Positions 21,861 to 30,500 of a stretch of DNA of 60,996 nucleotides are shown in pieces. The stretch is from Kiritimatiellia bacterium (lineage in GTDB: Bacteria > Verrucomicrobiota > Kiritimatiellia > RFP12 > UBA1067), in NCBI GenBank assembly GCA_017542055.1, contig JAFXXW010000007.1:1-60996 (forward strand), in the 5' to 3' direction. The position numbers and the translations under genes were made by a program. Within the stretch, counting starts at the first letter, position 1. Every line of letters begins with the position of its first letter. The notes below the pieces were generated by a model that saw only the letters and a program-made list of their open reading frames with translations, made no database searches and had not been told where the DNA came from.

Positions 21861-23587
21861 TTGCCCAAAGCCTTGTCGAATTCCACCCGCATCGGCACGT
21901 CCGGCAGACACTTGTGCCCGGCCATCGCCTCTTTCAGCTCCTCGGCCTTGTCTTCGTCGTACCACCAATAGGTGAAAACGCTGTCTTCGTCGCCGTAGCG
22001 CGACATCACCGTAGCCGGCATGCCGAACTTGTTCCAGTAGAGAATCCGCTTCTCCGCGATGTTCCACAAAAAGGCGTACGGCACCTGCTCGCAGACGAGC
22101 CGGTCGATCTCCCGATACGCGTCCGCGCGCTCCGCCATCGTCGCCATGCCCTTTTCGCGGGCGATGAGCGCGTCCACCTCGGCCGACTTGAACCCGACCG
22201 TGTTGTTGGACCCCTTGCGATCGGCCTCGGCGCCCAGCCACTGCGTCTCCGGATTGCGGAAAATGGACGCGCCCCAGCTGGCCCAGGTCATCTCGAAATT
22301 GAACTGGTCCATGTCGCGCATCCACCCGGCGAAATCCTTGCGGTTGATCTCCATCTCGATGTTGCATTGCCTCAGCGCATGGTTGAAGAGCGCCAGGAAC
22401 TTGTCCTCCGTGCCCGAGCGCGACAGGAACGTGAACTTGAAGCCCTTCTCGTAGCCCGCCTCCTTCAAGAGCCGCCTGGCCTCCTCCACGTTGTATTCGT
22501 AGAAATGGTTCCGGCAGGGATGCTCGTCATCGTACAGGTCGGTGTAGGTGGAATTGAGCAGGAAATACTCCCCGAACATCATCGTCCGGTTCATCGTCTC
22601 GCGATCGATCAGCATGGCCATCGCCTGGCGGACCCGCACGTCGTCGAACGGCGCCTTGCGCATGTTCATGGCGAAACCCTGGAACCCGATCGGCGCATGG
22701 TTGGACACGCGGCGCTTGAGTATCCAGTTGCGATCGAACTTCTCCCCGTGCGTCTCGGCCGACATGATGCGCGCCGTATACACCGGATACACGTCGATCG
22801 TCCGCTTCTTGAGCGCCTCGAAGGCGTTTTCGTTATCGACGAAGTACCTCACCAAAAGCCGATCGAAATTGCACACGTACCGGCAGCTCGGCATGTCCTT
22901 GCGCCACCAGTTGACGTTCCGCGTGAACTCGGTTTCCACCTGTTCGTCCACCCGCGAGAGGTAATACGGACCGCTGACCGCGCACCCCGTCAAATCGAGC
23001 TTGTTGAAGTCCTGCCCCTCGAAGCAATGCTTGGGCATGATGTAGAAAAACCCGCAATGCTGCAAGTCGCGCCAGTCCTTGGGCGAACCCGGCTTCTTGG
23101 TGAAACGGATCGTCCGCTCGTCCAGGATCTCGGGGCTCTCGAACATGCCCAAAATCATCTTCCAGGGACCCGTGTCGTTGTGCTGGTCGAGAATCGTGTC
23201 GAACGTCCACTTCACGTCCTCCGCCGTCACTTTCTCGCCGTCCGACCAACGGGCGTTTTCGTCCAGCACGAAGGTGAACACCTCGCCGTCGTCCGAGATG
23301 CTCCAATGCCGCGCCAGTCCCGGCACGAAGTCGAGCGTCTCGGAATCCGTGCCCAGCATCGTCTCGAACATCAGCGAAAACGTCATCATCGTGTACGTGT
23401 TGTTGTCCACGTAGCCGTTGAGACTCTTCGGCGCCTGTCCGCCCGAAAACCTGATGGTGCCGCCCTTCTTCGCGCACGGCGAGGCGATCGGGTCGGGCGT
23501 GTCCTCCCAGTCCGGAGCCGGATACCACGTCTCCGCCTGCGCCGCCAACGCCGCCATCGTCGCCAATGCCCAATACAGTCGCTTCAT
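21857..23587 (-). CDS. ABC transporter substrate-binding protein, family 5 (peptide/oligosaccharide type)
   Basis: ORF 21857..23602. Start set at MKRLYWALATMAALAAQA (signal peptide, GGAGAG 8 nt upstream). SBP_bac_5-like GLARHWSISDDGEVFTFVLDENARWSDGEKVTAEDV. Confidence 0.75.
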   Translation of the reverse strand: MKRLYWALATMAALAAQAETWYPAPDWEDTPDPIASPCAKKGGTIRFSGGQAPKSLNGYVDNNTYTMMTFSLMFETMLGTDSETLDFVPGLARHWSISDDGEVFTFVLDENARWSDGEKVTAEDVKWTFDTILDQHNDTGPWKMILGMFESPEILDERTIRFTKKPGSPKDWRDLQHCGFFYIMPKHCFEGQDFNKLDLTGCAVSGPYYLSRVDEQVETEFTRNVNWWRKDMPSCRYVCNFDRLLVRYFVDNENAFEALKKRTIDVYPVYTARIMSAETHGEKFDRNWILKRRVSNHAPIGFQGFAMNMRKAPFDDVRVRQAMAMLIDRETMNRTMMFGEYFLLNSTYTDLYDDEHPCRNHFYEYNVEEARRLLKEAGYEKGFKFTFLSRSGTEDKFLALFNHALRQCNIEMEINRKDFAGWMRDMDQFNFEMTWASWGASIFRNPETQWLGAEADRKGSNNTVGFKSAEVDALIAREKGMATMAERADAYREIDRLVCEQVPYAFLWNIAEKRILYWNKFGMPATVMSRYGDEDSVFTYWWYDEDKAEELKEAMAGHKCLPDVPMRVEFDKALGK

Positions 23588-23591
23588 CTTG

Positions 23592-25229
23592 TTACTCTCC
23601 ATCCTTCAGCAATTTTGCCGTCAATATCTTTTTGGTTTGTTCCGAAATCACGAATACCGCATCGGCCGACCCCAACGTGGCGTAATACCCGCCCCGCGTG
23701 GCCGAACCGATCAAAATGTTCTTGCGCGACACCCCGGCCGTCGCGAGGTCGATCGCCAGGCGATACTGCGGCTCGCCCAAGCCGTAGCTCTCTAGTTCCG
23801 GCTCCGACACCTTGAGCTTCACCACGCGCCGCGCCGCCAGACTCTTGAGCTCGGCGACGATCGCCTCCACCGCCGCCTCGTCCACCTTGCCCGCGTTGGC
23901 CGACGTTTCCACCATCCACACCTTGCGCTCCGGATTGAACTCCACCGACGCTCCGCCGCCCACGAGCCGCTTCACGTCCAGCGGATCCACGCTCAAAATC
24001 TCCCGACTCCGGAGACCCACGAGACCCTCCTCGTCCGCCAACGCCGCCAGCCGCACCTTGACCGGCGCGCGATTGGTCGACACCGACAGCGTCACCCCGT
24101 CTTCCGCGAGGTCGCTCGTCCTGAGTTTCACGATCCGCCCCACCAGCGATTCGGCCGCCTTGCGATCGGCCGGCGCCGCCACCGGCGACTCCAGCTGCCA
24201 ATCGCCGTCCTGGTCGCGCTGCAAGAGGTAATTGACCCCGTTTTCGGCGATATTGACGGAATTTACCTCGCCCGCCTCCATCGGGAACAGCCGCGAATCG
24301 TCGAACGCGTCGCCGCCCTCGATAAGATCGTACTTGAGCTTGGAATCGACCGTCACGATCGCCCCGCCCCCGAAGACCAAAGCGAAGACGAGTCCGTCCC
24401 CCGCCCCCTTGCCGAAACTGATCGTCCTGTCCATCCCGTCCACGCCGTGCAGCGTCACGGTGGCGGCCGTTTCCGGATCGAGTCCGTACCCCGCCAGCAA
24501 ACTCATCCCGGCCGTGCTGGACTCGTTTTCGCCGCCCACCGGCCAGATGAACTCCTTGACCTCCGCCGACAACAGCGCCGCCAGAAACTCCACAAAGCGC
24601 TCGTTGTTCAGATTGCCGCGCTCGATACGGGAAAACTTGCCCGCCTCCAACCGGATGTCGACCGACATCACTTCCTCGTCGGAAATGGCGAAAAGATTCC
24701 GTCTGCGCAACTTGCCCAAAGTGACGTCGATCGCCTCGAAAGCGCGCTTAGGCACCACGAAGACGCGGTTTTCGCCGCTCACCGTCGCGTACACCCCTTC
24801 GCCCGAGGGCGTCTCCACCCCGAAATCCACCTCCACGCGTCCCGTCGGCATGTTCACCGCGAGCGACAGCCGGGGCGTGTCCAGCTCGAAATCCGCATGC
24901 GTCCGCCCCAACTTCATCAGCTCCACGTCGCTCAGCATGTCGTCCATCGGCGCAAACGCCAACGCGTCCGTCAAAGCCGCCACCGTTTTAGAATCCACGT
25001 CGCCGCGCACCGGCCATTCCAGCTTCCAGCCCCCCGCATTCGTCATCGTCACGCTTTCCGTTCCGTCGCGCAAAATCGTGATCGCCAGCGCCTCGTCCGC
25101 GCCCGGCAAGAGCGTATTGCCGCGCACCGTGCCGTGCTTGTCGTCGTGCCGGAGCGAAACAAGCAGATGTCCGCCCGCCAAGACAGCCGCCAAGAGCGTC
25201 AATTTCCAGAACGTGCGCGCGTTTTTCAT
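23592..25229 (-). CDS. DUF4340-like protein associated with GldG-type ABC systems
   Basis: N-terminal TM then repetitive beta-rich modules. It follows a GldF/GldG-like gene as DUF4340 proteins commonly do. The assignment rests on context and memory, not on a search. Confidence 0.4.
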   Translation of the reverse strand: MKNARTFWKLTLLAAVLAGGHLLVSLRHDDKHGTVRGNTLLPGADEALAITILRDGTESVTMTNAGGWKLEWPVRGDVDSKTVAALTDALAFAPMDDMLSDVELMKLGRTHADFELDTPRLSLAVNMPTGRVEVDFGVETPSGEGVYATVSGENRVFVVPKRAFEAIDVTLGKLRRRNLFAISDEEVMSVDIRLEAGKFSRIERGNLNNERFVEFLAALLSAEVKEFIWPVGGENESSTAGMSLLAGYGLDPETAATVTLHGVDGMDRTISFGKGAGDGLVFALVFGGGAIVTVDSKLKYDLIEGGDAFDDSRLFPMEAGEVNSVNIAENGVNYLLQRDQDGDWQLESPVAAPADRKAAESLVGRIVKLRTSDLAEDGVTLSVSTNRAPVKVRLAALADEEGLVGLRSREILSVDPLDVKRLVGGGASVEFNPERKVWMVETSANAGKVDEAAVEAIVAELKSLAARRVVKLKVSEPELESYGLGEPQYRLAIDLATAGVSRKNILIGSATRGGYYATLGSADAVFVISEQTKKILTAKLLKDGE

Positions 25230-27274
25230 GTCCGGTGCCTCCTTCTTACGGCGTTCAGCACCATCAGCATGAAGAGCGTAAACGGCACCACGCCCACCAG
25301 AATCACCGCGATCCGGATGCGCTCCTCGCGGTCGTACACGAGCGTCAGCACGCCCGCCTCGGTTCCGCTCATCACTACCGCGTCCACCCCCGAAAGGTAC
25401 GCGACGATATTGAGGAAAAAGTCCCGGTTGGCGTTCTGCCGCGCCGCCAATTGTCCGTTCATGACAAACTGCGCGTCGCCCACTGCCGCCACTCGCGTAG
25501 GCCGCAGCGCCAGGTCGCTCCCCGCGCCCGCGCCCCGCTCGCCGATGGCCGCCAGCGACTGGTCCAAAACCCCGGCCAGCATCGAATACTCCACCTTGTC
25601 CGCCCCCGAGCCCGAAACCGTCGCGGCCGACGGCTGCAGCGACACCGGTCGATCGAACACCAGCTGCGTCCCTTTAAGCGGCGAGGAAATGGAATGTTCG
25701 CCAAAATCGTCCACGATCACGTCCGTCCCCGAAAGCGTCCGCGCCCCCGTCAGCTTGGGCGTCGCGGCCACCTTCATCCCCCATTGCGGCAAAATGGAAT
25801 TGACGCCCGAATTGTCCGCGTTTTCCACGAGTGCGAGCATGCGTCCCCCGCCCAGCAGATACGCCTCGATCCGGGCCAGTTCCGAGCGCGAAAACTCCGT
25901 CTTGGCGCCTGCCACCAGAATGAGCGCGCAATCGTCCGGAATCTCCTCGCCCGCGTTCAAAGTCAGCGACCGGTTGATGTAGCCGTCGCGCATCAGTTCG
26001 CGGGCGATGTCGCTCATTCCCCACGTGTCGTACTGCGCAAAAGCCGCTTCGCCGTGCCCCACCGTCCAATACACCACCTTGCGCTGCGTGGGCGCCACCA
26101 CCTGCAAAATCGCACTCGCGACGTCGCGCTCGCCCGTACCGGACTCGAGCGGCACCGACACCAGCCTCCTTCCGCGCCGGACCACGATGGACCCTTCCTT
26201 CGCGCCCATCCGCACCAGCCGTCCCGCCTCGCCCAAGTCCCACTTGGGGTCGACGAATTTGAGCTTCACGCTGAGGCCGCCCGTCATTTCCGCCTCGCGC
26301 TTCAGCGCCCGGAGCATCTGCACCACCGGCTTGAAACGCTTGTTGCCGCGCGACACGAAACCCGTCAGTTCCACTTCGCCTTCCGCCCCCTTGAGGATGG
26401 ACTGCGTCCGCGCCGAAAATTCCTTGGTCTCCTTTACCGGCAGCTCCAACGTCACGTCGAGCCGCATCGCGAGGGTGATCGTGAGCGCCGCCACCACGAG
26501 CGACATGAAAATCACCGTTCTCTCGCCGCGCCGTAGCACCCGTGCGGCATAGCCTTCGAGCCGCATCATCTCCACGTACTTGAGCGTGATGAGGAGCGCC
26601 AGCACCGTCAAAATGGCGTAACCGAAGAGCATCCCGGTGGACACCACCCCCGACGCCATGTCCAAGACGTGCGCATCGAACGGCATCATCCCGTAAGGCA
26701 TGCGTTCGTCCGGCACCCACAAGATCATCCCGAACCACAACGCGCGCGGAATGATGACCGTGACCATCAAACACGCCATCGCCGCCGCCGCCGCATGCCG
26801 GAACCGGGCCGACATCATCGTGCCCACTGCGGTCCAGAGCGCCCCCTGCATGAAAAGCGCCGTCATGCCCAGGATCGGGAAACTTAAGTTGTGCCCGATA
26901 AAGAGCCCCAACCCCCAAATCGACAGCCAGCTCGTCAAAATCGCGCCCCACACGAGCGTCAGCACGCCCAGATATTTGCCGAGCACCAGCTCCATTTCCT
27001 TCACCGGCAGCGTCAGAAGCATATCCATCCGACCCGACAGCCGCTCGTCGCTCCACACGTCCATCGACAGAATCGCCGCCAAAGCCGGCAGCACCGGCGA
27101 CAGCGACATAGTCCAGATTTCCCCCAGCGACAGCGTCCCGCCCTCGCCGATATCCACGTTGGCGCAGAACAGCATGGCCGACACCGCGAAAAACGCCCCC
27201 AGCGCCAACGCGGTGGAGTAGTAGTTGCGCGCCATGCCGATGGTCCGGCTCATAATCGCTCGCGTCGGACTCAT
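25226..27274 (-). CDS. Fused ABC-2 permease (GldF-like) and GldG-like auxiliary domain
   Basis: ORF 25226..27316, start set at MSPTRAIM (27274, ATGA overlap). The first ~240 aa are a six-TM ABC-2 permease. The remainder is a GldG-like periplasmic domain (VVYWTVGHGE...) with a terminal TM. Confidence 0.6.
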   Translation of the reverse strand: MSPTRAIMSRTIGMARNYYSTALALGAFFAVSAMLFCANVDIGEGGTLSLGEIWTMSLSPVLPALAAILSMDVWSDERLSGRMDMLLTLPVKEMELVLGKYLGVLTLVWGAILTSWLSIWGLGLFIGHNLSFPILGMTALFMQGALWTAVGTMMSARFRHAAAAAMACLMVTVIIPRALWFGMILWVPDERMPYGMMPFDAHVLDMASGVVSTGMLFGYAILTVLALLITLKYVEMMRLEGYAARVLRRGERTVIFMSLVVAALTITLAMRLDVTLELPVKETKEFSARTQSILKGAEGEVELTGFVSRGNKRFKPVVQMLRALKREAEMTGGLSVKLKFVDPKWDLGEAGRLVRMGAKEGSIVVRRGRRLVSVPLESGTGERDVASAILQVVAPTQRKVVYWTVGHGEAAFAQYDTWGMSDIARELMRDGYINRSLTLNAGEEIPDDCALILVAGAKTEFSRSELARIEAYLLGGGRMLALVENADNSGVNSILPQWGMKVAATPKLTGARTLSGTDVIVDDFGEHSISSPLKGTQLVFDRPVSLQPSAATVSGSGADKVEYSMLAGVLDQSLAAIGERGAGAGSDLALRPTRVAAVGDAQFVMNGQLAARQNANRDFFLNIVAYLSGVDAVVMSGTEAGVLTLVYDREERIRIAVILVGVVPFTLFMLMVLNAVRRRHRT

Positions 27275-27903
27275 AGCACCCTCCCGCCTTCCAGCCGCAC
27301 GATCCGCGAGGACCACTTGCGCATTTCTTCCAGCTCGTGACCGGTGGTCAGCACCGAAGAAAACGCCGCCACCTCTTTAAGCGTTTCGCTCATCGACTCG
27401 CGCATTTCCAGGTCCAGCCCGGACAGGAAATCGTCCAAAAGCAGGATGCGGGGCCGGAGGAGAATCGTATCGGCCAGCGCCACCCGCTTTTTCTGTCCGT
27501 ACGACAGGTTCTTGATGGGCTTTCGCAGCATCCCCTCCACCTTCGCGAGCGACGACGCCTCCCCCACCCGACGCCGGATCCGCTTGGCCACTTCGCCCTT
27601 GATTTTGGCGCGGTAGGTGAGGTATTCCTTGACCGTCATATCTTCGTAAAGCGCCACTTTTTCGGGCAGATACCCGAGCTGTTTGCGATACCGGACGGGA
27701 TCCTGGAACGCATCCTTGCCGTCGAACACCACCTGTCCCGCCGTCGGCATGAGGAGCGTCGCCATCAGCCGCATGAGCGTCGTCTTCCCGCAGCCGTTGG
27801 CGCCCGTGAGCGACACCACCTCGCCCGGCGACACCACCAGGTTGACGTCGCGCAGCACCGGCGTCTTCAGATACCCGAAAGCCACGTTTCTCACTTCAAG
27901 CAT
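27271..27903 (-). CDS. ABC transporter ATP-binding protein (GldA-like)
   Basis: ORF 27271..28101 trimmed to MLEVRNVAFG. Walker A GANGCGKTT, signature LSYGQKKR, Walker B ILLLDD. Confidence 0.85.
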   Translation of the reverse strand: MLEVRNVAFGYLKTPVLRDVNLVVSPGEVVSLTGANGCGKTTLMRLMATLLMPTAGQVVFDGKDAFQDPVRYRKQLGYLPEKVALYEDMTVKEYLTYRAKIKGEVAKRIRRRVGEASSLAKVEGMLRKPIKNLSYGQKKRVALADTILLRPRILLLDDFLSGLDLEMRESMSETLKEVAAFSSVLTTGHELEEMRKWSSRIVRLEGGRVL

Positions 27904-28148
27904 GCTTCCACCTCGCGACGGATGTTTTCTTTGGCGATCGTCATCGAATCGTAGTCCATTTCGAGCGTGTCGCCGTTCAGCTTGATCGTCTCGTCCTTGA
28001 CGCCTTCGTAGCGCGACAGCGCCTGGCGCACCTGTCCCAGCTTGGCGTCGGTAAGTCCCGGCACCGGCTCCGCGAAGCGCTTGATTTCTTCGCGCCGGCA
28101 ACCCGAAAAAAGCGCCAAAACCGCCAATACCGGGACGAGCTTACTCAT
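27891..28148 (-). CDS. Small lipoprotein, unknown function
   Basis: 85 aa. Signal peptide with lipobox LFSGC. Wedged between nifS and the ABC ATPase with 8- and 13-nt overlaps. Confidence 0.45.
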   Translation of the reverse strand: MSKLVPVLAVLALFSGCRREEIKRFAEPVPGLTDAKLGQVRQALSRYEGVKDETIKLNGDTLEMDYDSMTIAKENIRREVEACLK

Positions 28149-29325
28149 ACGTGGACACCTTCGTTTCCGGCCCGAACGGCGAGAGGTCGCGCAGCTTTTT
28201 CACCACCTTCGGCACGTTTTCGATAACATACTCCACCTCGTCCATCGTGTTGTAGCGCGACAGCGAAAACCTCACGCTGCCGTGCACCGCCACAAACGGC
28301 ACCCCCATCGCCCGGATGACGTGGCTCGGGTCCAGCGACCCCGACGCGCACGCCGAACCGGTCGAGATGCAAATCCCGAGGTCCGACAGATGATAGGCGA
28401 TGGCCTCGCCCTCGATGTACTTGAAAGCCACGTTGAGCGTGCCGGGGAGTCGGTTCTCCCGGTCCCCGTTCACGATCGTATCGGGACACGCCGCCAAAAT
28501 CCCCGCTTCCAGCTTGTCGCGCATCTGGGCGATCCGGCCCTCGTCCTCCGCCATGTGCTTGCGCGCGAGTTCGCAGGCCTTCGCGAGACCCACGATGTAC
28601 GGCACGTTTTCGGTGCCGGCCCGGAGCCCCCGCTCCTGGTGTCCGCCCAGCATGAGCGGCTGGAAATACGACCCCTTGCGCACGTACAAAAGCCCCACGC
28701 CCTTCGGCGCATGGAACTTGTGTCCGCTCATGGCGAGCAGGTCCACCGGCGTTTTCTTCACGTCCACCGGCACTTTGCCCGCCACTTGCACGGCGTCGGT
28801 ATGGAAAGTGGCGCCGTATTCCCGGCAGATTTCCGCCACTTCTTCGACCGGAAAGATGACGCCCGTCTCGTTGTTGGCCCACATCACGCTCACGAGCGCT
28901 TTGTTGGTGCCCTTGAGCTCCTCCCGGAGCTCGTCCAAATCCAGCCGGCCGAGACTGTCCACGCCCAGCTCCGCCACCTCGTAGCCCCGGCCCTTCAGAT
29001 ACCGGCAAGTGTTCAGCACGGCCGGGTGCTCCACCTTGGTCGTGATGATCTTCGTCCCCGGACCGTTGAAGGCCGCCACGCCCCGGATGGCCGTGTTGTC
29101 CGACTCCGTCGCGCACGAGGTGAAAACGATCTCTTCCGGTTCCGCGTTGAGGAACGCCGCCACCTCTTCCCGCGCCCGGTCCAGATGCTTGGCCACCGCC
29201 CCGCCGAAAGCGTGCATCGAGCTGGGATTGCCGTACATCTCCCCCAGAAACGGAAGCATCGCCTCCGTCACCTCCGGCGCAACCCGCGTGGTGGCGTTAT
29301 TGTCAAAGTATACAATTCTGCTCAT
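28141..29325 (-). CDS. nifS: Cysteine desulfurase (NifS/IscS type)
   Basis: FDNNATT N-terminus, PLP-lysine motif SGHKFHAPKG, active-site cysteine GSACASG. Confidence 0.9.
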   Translation of the reverse strand: MSRIVYFDNNATTRVAPEVTEAMLPFLGEMYGNPSSMHAFGGAVAKHLDRAREEVAAFLNAEPEEIVFTSCATESDNTAIRGVAAFNGPGTKIITTKVEHPAVLNTCRYLKGRGYEVAELGVDSLGRLDLDELREELKGTNKALVSVMWANNETGVIFPVEEVAEICREYGATFHTDAVQVAGKVPVDVKKTPVDLLAMSGHKFHAPKGVGLLYVRKGSYFQPLMLGGHQERGLRAGTENVPYIVGLAKACELARKHMAEDEGRIAQMRDKLEAGILAACPDTIVNGDRENRLPGTLNVAFKYIEGEAIAYHLSDLGICISTGSACASGSLDPSHVIRAMGVPFVAVHGSVRFSLSRYNTMDEVEYVIENVPKVVKKLRDLSPFGPETKVSTYE

Positions 29326-29334
29326 TGAAGTAAT

Positions 29335-29363
29335 AGTATATCATATTCCGCCCGAAAAATCAA
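29335..29363 (-). promoter_or_regulatory. Promoter of the nifS-led gene array (TTGATT-17nt-TGATATACT)
   Basis: Reverse strand: TTGATT (29363-29358), TGATATACT (29343-29335). Only 9 nt separate the -10 box and the nifS ATG (29325). Confidence 0.6.
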
Positions 29364-29465
29364 GCAGAATCTTGGATTTTCGATTTATGATTTTCGATTT
29401 GCGATTGTCCAATCGACAATCCCTCAATACAATCCTAAATCTAAAATCGTAAATCCTAAATCACA

Positions 29466-29554
29466 GGGGGGGTGCCCACCCCCTCCACCTATCGCCCAAT
29501 AGGGCGTCACCCCCTCGCCCCGTATGGCGACACCCCGGGGGGTGCCCACCCCCC
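29466..29554. repeat. Two copies of palindromic GGGGGGTGCCCACCCCC box
   Basis: Copies at 29466-29483 and 29537-29554, 71 bp apart. GGGGGTG / CACCCCC arms. Confidence 0.8.
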
Positions 29555-29556
29555 TC

Positions 29557-29685
29557 GAAGGTCACCCCCTGCGCTCCGCGGAAGTCAACCCCCGCGCTCC
29601 GCGAAGGTCATACCCGTGCTCCGCAGAGGTCATGGGTCGGGCTCCGCAGAGGTCCAAACCAAGCTCCGCGAAGACCCTATCATAC
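29557..29685. repeat. Iteron-like array, family I (GCTCCGCRRAGGTCA, 5 clear units)
   Basis: GCTCCGC starts at 29573, 29596, 29618, 29641 and 29663 (22-23 bp period). Degenerate GTCACCCC-type units extend leftward to about 29500. Confidence 0.85.
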
Positions 29686-29700
29686 ACTCCGGGCGAAAAT

Positions 29701-29872
29701 TTCAATACCCAAAAAGTGTGTATTGAAACCGGGTTTAGGGCAATTCAATACACAATTTTGGTGTATTGAATGTGTATTGAAATGTGAAAAGGGTGTAAGC
29801 AGAAAGTGGTATAAAATCAAAAATAATGATAAATATTACTATATATTATACTACTATTTATTTTCAATACAC
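29701..29872. repeat. GTGTATTGAA boxes (6 copies, both orientations) flanking an AT-rich tract
   Basis: Boxes at 29701-08 (partial), 29716-27, 29744-53 (inverted), 29761-70, 29771-81 and 29863-72 (inverted). 29808-29870 is almost pure A/T. Confidence 0.8.
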
Positions 29873-29914
29873 CGTACACAGCCAAATACCCCCCTCTCCG
29901 AATTTTGCCCTTTT

Positions 29915-30484
29915 TTAGCCTTTTTTGAGAGAGGGGGGGTGTTGCGTGTGTACTGAGTGTATATTCACAAAAACGGCATTTTCGGCCCAGAGTTTGCGCA
30001 AGGCGGACACCATTCGCCCTTCGAAGGCGCTTGCTAGCTCTGGGGTGTCAAAGACAGTATCGGACGTTTTATCCAGAAAATGGAAATCTGTCAGAATCGA
30101 AATGAGCTCCCCATACACCTGAGCACAAATCGTTTTGGCGCGGGCGGCGGCATTAAGGAGGAACTTTTCCAGTGCCCGGCAGGCAATCTCGTGATCTTTG
30201 ATGACATTGATAAAGAGGTCGGTATCTTCCACGAGTTCGCCTGCTTCATCCTCGAAACTATAATCGAAAGCGGACGAAAACGCCAAACACTTGCAGATCC
30301 GGCCTAACGAAAGGCGCTCCAGCGGCTTCATATCGCCTTCGATCACGCATTGCGCAGCCTTGTCGAGCGCGACCAGGTCAGCTTGAATTTCCCCCGGAGA
30401 TCCAACTTTCCGGGTGTATTCCTCGCTCAATTCCCACTCGGCCGCTTCGTACGCCGACTCTTCCGTAAGTTTTTCGCTATTCAT
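29915..30484 (-). CDS. Hypothetical acidic protein (189 aa), no recognisable motif
   Basis: Only long ORF in this stretch. Lies 16 nt downstream of the helicase gene on the same strand. Codon usage is AT-richer than the core genes. Confidence 0.5.
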   Translation of the reverse strand: MNSEKLTEESAYEAAEWELSEEYTRKVGSPGEIQADLVALDKAAQCVIEGDMKPLERLSLGRICKCLAFSSAFDYSFEDEAGELVEDTDLFINVIKDHEIACRALEKFLLNAAARAKTICAQVYGELISILTDFHFLDKTSDTVFDTPELASAFEGRMVSALRKLWAENAVFVNIHSVHTQHPPSLKKG

Positions 30485-30500
30485 GATAAAATCGCTCCTT

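Noticed and set aside
29472-29769. 84-aa and 81-aa plus-strand ORFs inside the island's left repeat region
   Set aside because: Their repetitive translations simply mirror the 22-23-bp DNA repeats. There is no start context or coding-like composition.
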